From the IMG/VR virus record IMGVR_UViG_3300027798_000132, positions 1 through 33,659 of that record: a stretch of 33,659 bases of DNA. The stretch is one strand, 5' to 3'. The notes beneath the pieces were generated by a model. That model saw nothing but the letters and a program-made list of their open reading frames with translations. It made no database searches and was not told where the DNA came from. The DNA comes from a virus. Its lineage: Duplodnaviria; Caudoviricetes. The translations under genes were made by a program, and so were the position numbers. Positions 23,613 to 33,659 of the stretch are shown here, one piece after another; position 1 is the stretch's first letter, and each line of letters opens with the position of its first letter.

Positions 23613-26600
23613 ATGGCAGAGAAAAGAGAAAGAATTATTTTTGAAGCGGTAAGTGATTTTCGTGGAGTAATTACCGACTTATCGACTATTAAAAGATTAC
23701 AACAAGACTTGTTAGATGCGACAAAAGCACAGACAACAAGTATTGTAGATGCTAATAATAGTCAGAAAAAATCATTTGAGCAGTTAATTACTGCAAATCA
23801 AGATTTAGCCAAAGCTAATAAAGCACAGGCTGATGCTTCTATTCAGCAAGCCAAGACTGCAAGCGATTCAGCAAAAGCACAACAACAGGCAGTTAGAGAC
23901 GCTAACAACGAATATCAAGCCCTCAAATCTACCATGACGGGCTTAGTTGGTTTAGCGACTTCAATCTTTACAATCTCACAAGCAAAAAGTTTTATTAGCG
24001 ACATTATCGAAGCAAAATCTAAGGTGGATAACTTTAGAAATACATTGCTATCAATGGGTGATAGTGTAGCTTCATTGGATGCCGTAACCGCAGGGATTCA
24101 ACGGTTAGATAAAAATTCGGGTTATACTTCTGAACAACTTTACAAGACCGCAACCGCATTAAAAGCGAATAGTGTACCGACCGTAGAGTTGATTGACAAA
24201 CTCACTATGTTAGGGAATATTTCCGCATTGGTGGGTGAAACAAAACTACCTCTTATTGCTAAAGCATACCTTGATGTAAGAAACAAACAAATACTTTACG
24301 CCCAGGAGGTACGCCAATTCACAGAGAACGGTGTGCCACTCTATGACCTATTAGCAAAGTCGATGGATAAGCCGAAACAGGCAGTTATCGAAATGGCTAA
24401 GGCTCACGAAATTTCGTTTGCACAAGTTGAAAAAGCACTAAGAGAAGCTACCGAAAAAGGCGGTATCTATTACGGGGCGATGGAGACAAAAGCAAAGTCT
24501 TTACAAGGTCAAGTATCAAATCTTAGTGCGTCATTCTTTTACGGACAAAAGAACTTAGCTGATTACTTTGAAAATGGTTTACAGAAGGGGATAAATGTAA
24601 TTCGTGATTTTATAGATGTTAGCTTAGGTAGCGACAAAGCTATTGGAAGAACTATCAGTTACATTACGTCTGCTACTGCATTGTGGTTAAGCTATAAAGT
24701 TGCTCAAATTACGGCTACGTCTGCAATGAAAGCTAATCAGGTGCAAAGTTTAGTTTCATTAGGTACGATGGAATTAGAAGATATAGCTAAGAAGCAAAGG
24801 ATTGCAAATTTAATAGCAGAGGTTACGGCAGACGCTACATTAACGGCTGAACTAAAGGCAAGTCAAATTGCACGACTTACCAATATTCAATCATTAATCG
24901 TAGAAAATGAGGTTAAGGTAGTTGGGGCAGGGGTAACTACTTCATTAGCTACTGCAACAAGGGGATTATGGTTAGCAATGGCATCAAATCCGATAGGGTT
25001 TTTAGTGGCTGGTATTGGATTATTGGTATCTGGAATGATGGCATATAAGGCAATGAGTGGAGAAGTTGCCGAGGTCAATAATCAAGAAATAACGGCAATA
25101 AGAAAACTAAAAATAGGATATGACGCACAGTTAAGTGCTATTGCAAATACTACAATTGGTACAGAAAAGAGAAGAGAAGAAGTAGCTAAAATGCAACGAT
25201 TATACCCTGAGTATATAGGAAATATAAATTTAGAAACAGCAAGCACGGCACAACTAAAGAATCAATTGAGTTTAGTGAACACTCTATTTGAAAGGAAAAT
25301 AAAACTTGCATCTGTTAATGCACAGGTTGAAACAATTACAAATCAAGCAGTTGAAATAGAAAATAGGCGTGCTGATATAATTAGAAAATTAAGAGATGGC
25401 AATATAGAGTTGAGTAATAAATATATGCGTGATGCTAACTTTATTATAGCATTAAAGAGCGAACAGGCAAAACAAGAAATAGACGGCATAAATTCATATC
25501 AAAAAGAAATGAATGGACTTGCTATTGGTGTGTACAATAACTTAGGAGTAGAAGCTAAAAAAGTATTTAAGGATATTGAAAAGGCTTCTTTGAATGCAAG
25601 TTTCGCACAGAAAAAGGATGCACAAGAAACATACCATTTTGAATTATTAAACTTACAAGGGCAATTAGGTAGGGGTTTGATATCAAGAAAAGAATATAAT
25701 AAATTAGTAGCAGATGCTAATGCTAAATCACGAGGTGAAGAAGTTAATGGAGAGAAAGAAAAAAATCAAGACATAATCAATAATGACAAAAACAAGCATA
25801 AAACCCGTGTAGAATCACACGCATTGACAGCCAAACAAATAAAGGTTATTGAGATTTCAGAAATGGAGCAGACCATTGATAACCAAAAAAAGTTATTAAA
25901 GGCTCAATTAGATGCTGATGTAGAAGCAGTCAATAAAAAGTATGCAACGGTTAAGAACGGTAAAATAAAAACAGAAGAAGAGATTTTAAATTTAGTCAAA
26001 GTCTATAATCAAAAGGTACAGGTAATTGAAGCGTCCGAACAACGCAAGAAGGATATTATTGAAGAACGTAGAAGACTTAGCGAAGCCGACCAAGTAAGCA
26101 AAGATTTAGTACAATTTGAAAAAGACGAAAAAAAGAAAACCGATAAAGCCGAAAAGGTATTGACCGAATGGGAGACTAAGCAAGAAAAACTTTTATCCAC
26201 CTATGATGAAGCACGTAAGAAAAAAGAGGATGCCCAAAGAGTTTATGATGAAGTAAATACGGCTAAAACGGCTACTGAAAAGTATAATGTTGTGGTGAAA
26301 TACGGCAGAAAAACAAGCGATGAAATATCAACTATTAATGTAGCACGATGGAAGAAAGAAGAAGATTTGCTAAAAAAACAATTGCAGTTTTATTTTCATA
26401 CATACGGGGAAGATAGCAAGGAGTACAAAAAGACTTATGAAGCATTATTAACATTGAGAACTAAGATTCTTAATGCGGAAGGGGTATTGCTTGAAAAAGG
26501 AGCTAATGAGCAAATAGCACGATACGCAAAGATTTATCAAGTTTATACAAAGTATTTATCTGATTCATTCAAAGAATCAGATAAGGTTTTTGGAATGATT

Positions 26601-29153
26601 CAAGATGCTTTTAAGCGTTCAAAAGATGCTGAACTAAAAACGCTTGACAGTAACTATGAAATGCAAATGAATGCACTTGGTGATAACTACCAAGAACGCA
26701 TAAAATTAACAGAGCAATATTCAAAAAGAGAAACCGAAATACTTACAAGTTCAGCTAACAAAGAGAAGTTAATAGGTAATTTAAGAGATATTACAAATGC
26801 AATTGGCAACTCATTTGATGCACAATCGAAAATTTACGAGAACTACATTAATAAAACAGAAGCTAATGCCAAAGCAGGAATAAGTAATGCTGGAAATATG
26901 GCAACATCTGTATTGCAGTCTGTTGGCAGTTTAGTAACTGAAGTATTAGGTGCTACACAAAAGGCAAGAGATAGAGAGTTTCAATTACAGCAAGAAATAA
27001 ACGATGCGACACAAAAAGGGTATGAGAAATTAAAGACAGAAAGAATTAGCCTTGCCCAACAAACACACGATAAGGCAGTAGAATTAATTAAGGAGGAAGA
27101 GCGTATTGCGTTAGAGAGTATCGACATTAGATTAAGCAAGGAACTTGAAATATTATCTATTAAAAATAATGAGAAACTCCAGTTGCTTGATGAAAATTTA
27201 AAGCGTGAACTAAAAATCCACGAAATAAATAATGCAGAATATGATAAGCAGGTACAGGCAAAAGCACAAGGGGAATTAACTGCATTACAGCAGGTATCGG
27301 ATGAGACGCTTAATAATACAAAGGCTACCTTATTAAGAGTTTTACAGGAGAAAGAAAGATATATTGGTTTATCAGACACTTTGAAAGAAAAAGAGTTGAT
27401 GATAGCCAAATTTTGGTACGACAAAGAGATTGAAGCCGCAGGTGATAATGAAGAGAAAAAGAAACAATTAACAAACAAGTACAATCAAGATGTTGCTGAC
27501 ACAGAAAAATACTGGGCTGATTATAAAATAAATGCACAGCAAAATTATGCACAGGCAAAATTAGAGTATGATGCGTCTATTGCTGAAGCAGAAAAGAAAG
27601 CACAAGCAGATTTAGAATTAGCCAAAGGGGATATAGTTAAAAAAGCACAGGGAGATTTAGAAGCGGAAAGACTGGCTAACATTGAGAAACGCAAAGAAGC
27701 CGACCTTGACATTGAGAACCAGAATAATGCTGAAAAATTAAGAATATTAGAAGAAGCAAAAGCAAAGGAACTTGAAACGCAACAATCTTATTGGCAACAA
27801 CAATCTGAACAATTAAAATCTGAATATCAAATTCAGATGGCAATTAATTTCTTTAATGAGGAAGAAAAAAAGAAATTAACAGAGATTTATGAAGCAGAAA
27901 AGAAAGCATTAGATGAGCAATCAAAACTTGATATTGAACTTAGAACTAAGAATCATAACAAGTTAATTGAAGAGGAAATGCAAAGAAGTACCGATGATAA
28001 AAGAATCATTGAGTACAAGTATCACCAGTGGGTTTTAGATAAAAATAAGCAATACGAAGATGAAAAGCAGGAGATAATTGATAAGGCAGAAAAGAAGAGA
28101 ACGGATGCTTTATTAATTGCTGAACAAGATAGAATTGTTGCCACAAATATTGCTAATCAAAGCAAAGAACAAGTTGTTGCTAATGCAAATGACAGAATAC
28201 TTGAAGCTGATTATTTATACCAAAAAGAGTTGTTTGATGCTGAAAAAAAATATATTGATTTGTCGTTACAATTACAATTAGAGAGAACGCAACAGCAAGC
28301 AGAATATAATAAAGCAACTATTACGAGTAACCTTTGGGTTGGTGCATCTAAGCAAGTAGCAGATGGAAATATTGCAGGGGGATTAATAGGGGCATTCAAT
28401 GCTTTATTAAATGGCAGTGACTATACAAATGAAATAGAGGGACAGCGAGCGATGGCATCAAATGCTATTACTGCACAAATTAATGCAAATAATAGCCGAT
28501 TAGCACCAGAAAAAGTAAGCAATAAGAGGAAGGTTATTTATAATCGAGATGGTTCGGGTGCTGAGAGTGGCGGTTATCCAGACTTTAAAGCTAATCCGAC
28601 GGCAAGTCAAGGACATGAAACACCTATTGATTTTATTGATTGGCAAAATAGAAGATATGCCGTTTACGAATGGTTGGCATCTATGCAAGGCGATACGCTT
28701 GTATATAATCCAAGATTTAATCGTAACTACTTCAAAGGAACACCGTCAGTACAACGTGGCATATTCCCCCAAGGCATAGACCAAATACCTGCAATGGTCA
28801 ACGAAGGAGAGCGTATTGTACCAACCGCAGAAAATGAAGAAATAGGCGGTGCTAATCTATCCAATACCCAAATGGTAGAGATGGTGAAGATTGGTAAGAT
28901 AGTACAAAAAGGTTTTCCGACATTAGCAGAATTAATGTTGAATAGTAAGGGTAATTTGCCTATAATGAATTGGGGTGGTAATGGTACAATGAAAGATGAA
29001 CGGTTACTGAATGAATTACAGAAACTAAACGGAACAGTTCAGAAAATAAAGCCTACAATATTGAACGTAAAAGCCGACCGAGATAGCATAACGATAGAGG
29101 AGCAATTGGGTAGTATGACCACCAGATACCGAAATCAATTGTACCGTAATTAA
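23613..29153 (+). CDS. Tail tape measure protein
   Basis: 1846 aa, Ala/Lys/Glu-rich helical; N-terminal tape-measure domain (EVRQFTENGVPLYDLLA), hydrophobic NPIGFLVAGIGLL segment, C-terminal FKGT...DQIPAMVNEGERIV. Confidence 0.92.
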   Translation: MAEKRERIIFEAVSDFRGVITDLSTIKRLQQDLLDATKAQTTSIVDANNSQKKSFEQLITANQDLAKANKAQADASIQQAKTASDSAKAQQQAVRDANNEYQALKSTMTGLVGLATSIFTISQAKSFISDIIEAKSKVDNFRNTLLSMGDSVASLDAVTAGIQRLDKNSGYTSEQLYKTATALKANSVPTVELIDKLTMLGNISALVGETKLPLIAKAYLDVRNKQILYAQEVRQFTENGVPLYDLLAKSMDKPKQAVIEMAKAHEISFAQVEKALREATEKGGIYYGAMETKAKSLQGQVSNLSASFFYGQKNLADYFENGLQKGINVIRDFIDVSLGSDKAIGRTISYITSATALWLSYKVAQITATSAMKANQVQSLVSLGTMELEDIAKKQRIANLIAEVTADATLTAELKASQIARLTNIQSLIVENEVKVVGAGVTTSLATATRGLWLAMASNPIGFLVAGIGLLVSGMMAYKAMSGEVAEVNNQEITAIRKLKIGYDAQLSAIANTTIGTEKRREEVAKMQRLYPEYIGNINLETASTAQLKNQLSLVNTLFERKIKLASVNAQVETITNQAVEIENRRADIIRKLRDGNIELSNKYMRDANFIIALKSEQAKQEIDGINSYQKEMNGLAIGVYNNLGVEAKKVFKDIEKASLNASFAQKKDAQETYHFELLNLQGQLGRGLISRKEYNKLVADANAKSRGEEVNGEKEKNQDIINNDKNKHKTRVESHALTAKQIKVIEISEMEQTIDNQKKLLKAQLDADVEAVNKKYATVKNGKIKTEEEILNLVKVYNQKVQVIEASEQRKKDIIEERRRLSEADQVSKDLVQFEKDEKKKTDKAEKVLTEWETKQEKLLSTYDEARKKKEDAQRVYDEVNTAKTATEKYNVVVKYGRKTSDEISTINVARWKKEEDLLKKQLQFYFHTYGEDSKEYKKTYEALLTLRTKILNAEGVLLEKGANEQIARYAKIYQVYTKYLSDSFKESDKVFGMIQDAFKRSKDAELKTLDSNYEMQMNALGDNYQERIKLTEQYSKRETEILTSSANKEKLIGNLRDITNAIGNSFDAQSKIYENYINKTEANAKAGISNAGNMATSVLQSVGSLVTEVLGATQKARDREFQLQQEINDATQKGYEKLKTERISLAQQTHDKAVELIKEEERIALESIDIRLSKELEILSIKNNEKLQLLDENLKRELKIHEINNAEYDKQVQAKAQGELTALQQVSDETLNNTKATLLRVLQEKERYIGLSDTLKEKELMIAKFWYDKEIEAAGDNEEKKKQLTNKYNQDVADTEKYWADYKINAQQNYAQAKLEYDASIAEAEKKAQADLELAKGDIVKKAQGDLEAERLANIEKRKEADLDIENQNNAEKLRILEEAKAKELETQQSYWQQQSEQLKSEYQIQMAINFFNEEEKKKLTEIYEAEKKALDEQSKLDIELRTKNHNKLIEEEMQRSTDDKRIIEYKYHQWVLDKNKQYEDEKQEIIDKAEKKRTDALLIAEQDRIVATNIANQSKEQVVANANDRILEADYLYQKELFDAEKKYIDLSLQLQLERTQQQAEYNKATITSNLWVGASKQVADGNIAGGLIGAFNALLNGSDYTNEIEGQRAMASNAITAQINANNSRLAPEKVSNKRKVIYNRDGSGAESGGYPDFKANPTASQGHETPIDFIDWQNRRYAVYEWLASMQGDTLVYNPRFNRNYFKGTPSVQRGIFPQGIDQIPAMVNEGERIVPTAENEEIGGANLSNTQMVEMVKIGKIVQKGFPTLAELMLNSKGNLPIMNWGGNGTMKDERLLNELQKLNGTVQKIKPTILNVKADRDSITIEEQLGSMTTRYRNQLYRN

Positions 29154-29185
29154 TAATAATTTAGTCAGAACTTATATATAAAAAC

Positions 29186-29584
29186 ATGAAAAAACCACAA
29201 AGTAAAGTATCGGAAACGGTATTTGTATCTACCAGAATAGTAGCCAGTTTTAGTGTTGTTGATTTTGTGAGTTTAGGTAATTTGTTTATTGATGCAGGGT
29301 TATTGTTCAATAAAAGTATTGTGTCAAATAGCATTACAGGCAAGTGTTATGACATGGGTAGAGAATTAAGGGAGAGTGTGAAGCCCTTAGTAAAGGGGCG
29401 TTCGTGGCGTGATATGCAAGACAAATACAAAGGGAGATACCAAATGAATATTACACTCGATGATGCAAAAAACGTATCTGATTTGTTGAATTTGGTAATT
29501 ATCAATTGCAAACAAGTAAGTACCGAAAATTCAGAAAGAGTAAAGCATTTAGCAAAAGAATACTATAAAATATTAAGCAACTGA
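29186..29584 (+). CDS. Hypothetical protein
   Basis: 132 aa between the tape measure and tail genes; coupled to the next ORF. Confidence 0.6.
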   Translation: MKKPQSKVSETVFVSTRIVASFSVVDFVSLGNLFIDAGLLFNKSIVSNSITGKCYDMGRELRESVKPLVKGRSWRDMQDKYKGRYQMNITLDDAKNVSDLLNLVIINCKQVSTENSERVKHLAKEYYKILSN

Positions 29585-31419
29585 TGACTAAATTTTATGT
29601 AGCAGATATAGAAACCCAACAGCCCGAAGGGATAAACGGGTACTATATGGAGCGAATCAAGGACAAGGTTTTTGAGGGATTTATTAGAAGTAGGTCAACT
29701 GGTGTAAAAGGGATAGGACAAGTAACATTTACTGATAGGATTGTTTGCGATGTGATTAATTCAGCATTTGAAATCCAAGGAGTTGATGCAAGTATTGAGT
29801 TTAGGATTGAACAGGATAGCGTAGGTATTTACATAGCCGAAGTAGATTTTAACAACTATTCAGTCAATCACAAAGGATTTATAACCGTAGGGTTTAGAGA
29901 TGAGGGAGGAGTATCTGTATTTGATAGTAACTTGGATAAAGAATATGAGTTGACTGCTAATAAGTCAATATTTATTCCAAAGACCAATTTAGTGGGCATG
30001 GTTAGCCATTCGGTAGATGAAGCATTAAATGTATTGCAAAGTTCAAAAAACTACGGGTCAGTAATTTCAACTGGAATACCCCTAAAAGTAAAGGATAAAG
30101 ATAGTGTAGGTGGAGGGATAGGCTTAGATGTAAAAGACACCTCTACGTATCAGCCATTTTGGACTAATAGCACCAATAGAACAGTAAGAATTAATGTAGG
30201 GGCGTATTTTGAAATAAGTAGTAAAAGTAGCAATACTTGTACTGTAAGTTTTAACTTAATTCAAAGGCAATCGGGGAGTATTCAGAACAAAATTAGTGTG
30301 TATTCGTATTCAAGTAGCAGTACACAGTCAAGCCAAACGATTGTAATTGATGAATTTATCAATGTACCAGTTGGGGGCGATGTGGTGTTATGGATAGTAG
30401 GAGACAATGATACGCAAAGTTATGCAATCACAATCAATAAGGGGGATGTGTCGGTAACAGAAGACTTAGACATAAAAGGGAGTAGCGTGTCATGTATAAA
30501 AGTTATCGATGCCATACGCCAATTAGTCGCATTGTCAAGCGATGGATTATTGACCGTACAAGACGATGTATTTAAAAATGAATATTTGACAAATGGATTC
30601 TGTTTGAGGGGTGCAGATAATGTTTTAAAAGTTAGTTTACTCAATTTATTTGTTGGTTTGTCTAAGCTATTTAATTTAGTGCTAAATATTGAGAATGGTA
30701 TTGTTAAAATACAGAAGAAGGAGGTTAGAAATAAAAATGGTGGTGCATCAATATTAGTGGAAGACTATAAAATAGAATCTATTATCAGCACTACAGCGAC
30801 AGAAAAATATGTAAATCAGATAAAGGTAGGGTGCGATATTTGGCAGAGCGATACTGTATTAGGTAATGAAGAGTACAATAGCAATAGAACTTACCAAACT
30901 GGCATAAAAAAGACAAAAGAAAGTTTAGATAGAACTATCAAAGAGTTTTCAATTAGCGGTAAAATTATTGAGAAAGTAAGGAGACAGCAAAACGAAATAC
31001 TCCTTAATAATCAGAAAACTGACACGAAGTACGATGATACATTGTTTTTGATTGATACGGATGGGAGTACGGCAAAGGTAGGATTGAATGGACTGAATGA
31101 ACGGTTTAATCCAATTGAGCAACTCAATAATTTATCATTCGAGTATGGTCATTGTGGAGACTTTACGTTTTTAAATGGAAAAGGCAATACCACGGGTGTT
31201 GTTTTTGGCAATAAGCAAAATAAAACCGTTGTTGGTAATAAATATTTTACTGGAAGAATGATAATGGTTGAGGGGGTTTGTTCATTAAATGCCTATTTGA
31301 GTTTACAGGACAAGGCTTTTTTTGATTTTAATGAGAGCGACACTACTATTTTGATTGAAAATGATAGTTACAGATTACAGACAAACAAATTCACAATACA
31401 AGGTTACGAAATACTATGA
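29584..31419 (+). CDS. Putative tail tip / hub structural protein
   Basis: 611 aa, beta-rich, downstream of the tape measure gene. Confidence 0.6.
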   Translation: MTKFYVADIETQQPEGINGYYMERIKDKVFEGFIRSRSTGVKGIGQVTFTDRIVCDVINSAFEIQGVDASIEFRIEQDSVGIYIAEVDFNNYSVNHKGFITVGFRDEGGVSVFDSNLDKEYELTANKSIFIPKTNLVGMVSHSVDEALNVLQSSKNYGSVISTGIPLKVKDKDSVGGGIGLDVKDTSTYQPFWTNSTNRTVRINVGAYFEISSKSSNTCTVSFNLIQRQSGSIQNKISVYSYSSSSTQSSQTIVIDEFINVPVGGDVVLWIVGDNDTQSYAITINKGDVSVTEDLDIKGSSVSCIKVIDAIRQLVALSSDGLLTVQDDVFKNEYLTNGFCLRGADNVLKVSLLNLFVGLSKLFNLVLNIENGIVKIQKKEVRNKNGGASILVEDYKIESIISTTATEKYVNQIKVGCDIWQSDTVLGNEEYNSNRTYQTGIKKTKESLDRTIKEFSISGKIIEKVRRQQNEILLNNQKTDTKYDDTLFLIDTDGSTAKVGLNGLNERFNPIEQLNNLSFEYGHCGDFTFLNGKGNTTGVVFGNKQNKTVVGNKYFTGRMIMVEGVCSLNAYLSLQDKAFFDFNESDTTILIENDSYRLQTNKFTIQGYEIL

Positions 31420-33659
31420 TAAATAACGAGTTTTGGAATTTTATACGCTTCATAAAGCCAATTGAAGGTGAAAGCATTAATTTTTTTGAGCCAAAAGAAC
31501 CCTTGGGGCAACTAATAGCTAAGAGTGGTGATAACTGGAGGTTTTTGATACCTAAATCTGACCTACACGGCAAGATAAAGGCAGATGCAAGTATTGGTTT
31601 GGTAAAGAAGGAGTGGCTCATAGTAGCGGATGATATTGTATGTTGTTTGCCACAGCCAGACTTTGAGCCACAGATAGGTACAATACGAAGCCAAAACTGC
31701 GAAAACTACACGGAGATTAAATTGCTGATTGGAGAGACACCAGACGGGGTTCTTCATAGGCAGTTTTCAATTGACAATAGTAGTGGTAAAAGTATTTTTG
31801 GTACATTTTTAAGCAACAATACTGACAGGTACGAGTATTTAAAAGACTTGAAAAAGCATTTTGAAGGTTGTTTTTTCACTAACGTATTTGTTGATATAAA
31901 TGGTAGCTTGATGACTATCAGAGCGTACACGAATAATAGATTTAGGCTAAGTGATGAGAAATGCACAATAAGCATTGGGAATGTTTCTGAAAAGAATAGC
32001 AATAACCCATCAATAGAGTCAAGGTTTATCGAAAATACAATAATCCCCGACAAGTACAGGTTTGAATTAGATATACAAAGCATTGCCGTAGGAAATATAT
32101 TGACATTGGGTAGTAAAACAAAAAAGGTACAGACTGGTGATACTTCAAGTAGTATAAAGGCTTATTTGTTGGATAATTTAAATCATTACGAAGTATTGCA
32201 AACAGAGAGTGTTATTGTATCATCATCAAAAGGGACGTATCAAATTATTAACACAGAAAAGCCAAAGGTTGACAGTTTATTTCAGTCCAATACAGGGTAT
32301 GACCGATATAAAATAGTTGTATCGGGTAATTATTCGGTTGGCAACGTAATACAAGTAGTATCGGCAGGGAAGATTCCGATTAATTATACCGTAAAAAGTA
32401 CCGATACGATTGCAAGTATCACCACGGCATTAAATCCAAATGGCAGTAATTTATATTATGATGTGCCGACTGGAACAATCATAAATATATCTGTATTTGA
32501 GGGGGTGCAAACGGTTGATAATACCAATAATTTAGTATTTAGCTTAACGAATAGAGTTAGTATTCCAAGTAGGAATATAGATAAATATCAGTGCTATATT
32601 GGGGAAGATATTATGGAGCGGAACTATTTTAAGGTGAATCAGTCAGAATATTATGCAAAAGATGGAGATACGCCACTCGATGTAGCGGTGGCTTTGGGAT
32701 ATAGTTCAAGGCAGTTTACCGTGGAGGTTGAGCATGGCACGGTATTGCAGGCTTATGCAACCCAAGGGTATAGGTTTGGTGAATCAAATATATCCGACAT
32801 AAGGATTATCCAACAACCAAAAATAAAGATAAGTAGCCAATATGTGTGTGAAGCATCCTTTCCAAATTTAGTGAATGGCACTAAGCCAAGTGGAGAATAT
32901 TACTTAGCTATTTGGAGTAAGCTAAGAGGTGAGGTTATGGCTTTAGGGAATAGCGTAAGATTTGCGGACAATATTTGTGATAGAGAAACAAGTATGGTAG
33001 AATTTTTTGACAAAGGGGTGGTGTATAATCATGAGTATTTTGAAAATGGATTGACACAGATTATACGAGTACCAATAATGCTATCACAACCCAAAAGGCA
33101 AGTAGAAGAGAATAGAATTATTACGATTAATGGGGGGATAGAGAGAGCAGAAACGAATATTACAGAATACAGAAATTTTGTAACACGGGGGTTTGAAAAC
33201 TCAATGATGCGAGCATTGCAAGTTGCGATGAGACACAAATGGTTGATGATTGATGGGGAAAGATATACAGCAGAAGGGGAAATATCAGACGAGTATGTGG
33301 ATGAATTTATAAATTATGGACAAAACACGGGAAAGTTATTGCGTTTTGGCAAAAACAGCAATAACGATAACCAATTGATTTTCAATGAATTGTATAAAGG
33401 TTATGGTAGGATTATTATTAACACCCCGAAAGCGGATTTAAGAGTGTTAATAATTAATGATAGATTTGGATTAGATAGTAATTCTAAACAGGAATTATTA
33501 GTTACGGATAGCGTATTAGTAGCTACTGGAGAATATCAAGTGGTAATTGATAATCCAAGTAATCATATTGGGTTAAATATTTATCAAGATGATATTTTGC
33601 AAAGAAAGATATTGATACTTGGTAATAGCCGAAATAGATTAAAAGGATTTCAGCGGTTG
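31416..33659 (+). CDS. Partial putative tail protein (at least 748 codons, MINNEFWNFIRFIKPIEG...), runs off the right edge
   Basis: ATG at 31416 overlaps the previous stop (ATGA); start and end of the stretch are in the same frame; the middle was not checked codon by codon. Confidence 0.7.
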   Translation, partial: MINNEFWNFIRFIKPIEGESINFFEPKEPLGQLIAKSGDNWRFLIPKSDLHGKIKADASIGLVKKEWLIVADDIVCCLPQPDFEPQIGTIRSQNCENYTEIKLLIGETPDGVLHRQFSIDNSSGKSIFGTFLSNNTDRYEYLKDLKKHFEGCFFTNVFVDINGSLMTIRAYTNNRFRLSDEKCTISIGNVSEKNSNNPSIESRFIENTIIPDKYRFELDIQSIAVGNILTLGSKTKKVQTGDTSSSIKAYLLDNLNHYEVLQTESVIVSSSKGTYQIINTEKPKVDSLFQSNTGYDRYKIVVSGNYSVGNVIQVVSAGKIPINYTVKSTDTIASITTALNPNGSNLYYDVPTGTIINISVFEGVQTVDNTNNLVFSLTNRVSIPSRNIDKYQCYIGEDIMERNYFKVNQSEYYAKDGDTPLDVAVALGYSSRQFTVEVEHGTVLQAYATQGYRFGESNISDIRIIQQPKIKISSQYVCEASFPNLVNGTKPSGEYYLAIWSKLRGEVMALGNSVRFADNICDRETSMVEFFDKGVVYNHEYFENGLTQIIRVPIMLSQPKRQVEENRIITINGGIERAETNITEYRNFVTRGFENSMMRALQVAMRHKWLMIDGERYTAEGEISDEYVDEFINYGQNTGKLLRFGKNSNNDNQLIFNELYKGYGRIIINTPKADLRVLIINDRFGLDSNSKQELLVTDSVLVATGEYQVVIDNPSNHIGLNIYQDDILQRKILILGNSRNRLKGFQRL

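Noticed and set aside
24887-28779. Short ORFs inside the tape measure gene
   Set aside because: Shadow ORFs of a long biased coding sequence.
31391-33238. Minus-strand ORFs near the right end
   Set aside because: Shadows of the unclosed plus-strand ORF starting at 31416.
1-33659. Stop-codon reassignment, tRNA genes or a diversity-generating retroelement
   Set aside because: Genes are full length under the standard bacterial code; I saw no tRNA cloverleaf, reverse transcriptase or adenine-specific repeat pair.

Overview
AT-rich segment of a tailed (sipho-like) phage or prophage, most likely of a Bacteroidota host (TAnnTTTG promoter boxes, Bacteroidota-type DnaB N-terminus, no Shine-Dalgarno pattern). 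Left to right: a divergent control region, small early genes, Rha/antirepressor, a T5orf172-type nuclease, a replication initiator with internal iterons, DnaB, terminase small and large subunits, neck/tail genes, a probable frameshifted tail chaperone, an 1846-aa tape measure protein and tail proteins. The most striking feature is two integron-like gene-cassette arrays in the early/replication region (about 1525-9580 with 8 units, 13940-17347 with 4 units). Cargo segments alternate with 117-187 nt imperfect hairpins of the form AAC-G-N4-arm-loop-arm-N2-GTT. Each intact cargo segment is bounded by its own 15-bp inverted repeat that always mismatches at position 11. Both arrays end on the right in a shared non-hairpin motif that could be an attI equivalent. 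No recombinase gene is visible in the window. Cargo includes a Mom-like DNA modifier, a DNA methyltransferase, DinD, a HAD phosphatase, a DUF4145 protein, an RNAP alpha-CTD-like protein and a soluble+membrane gene pair. All protein calls are from motif recognition by eye, with no database search.
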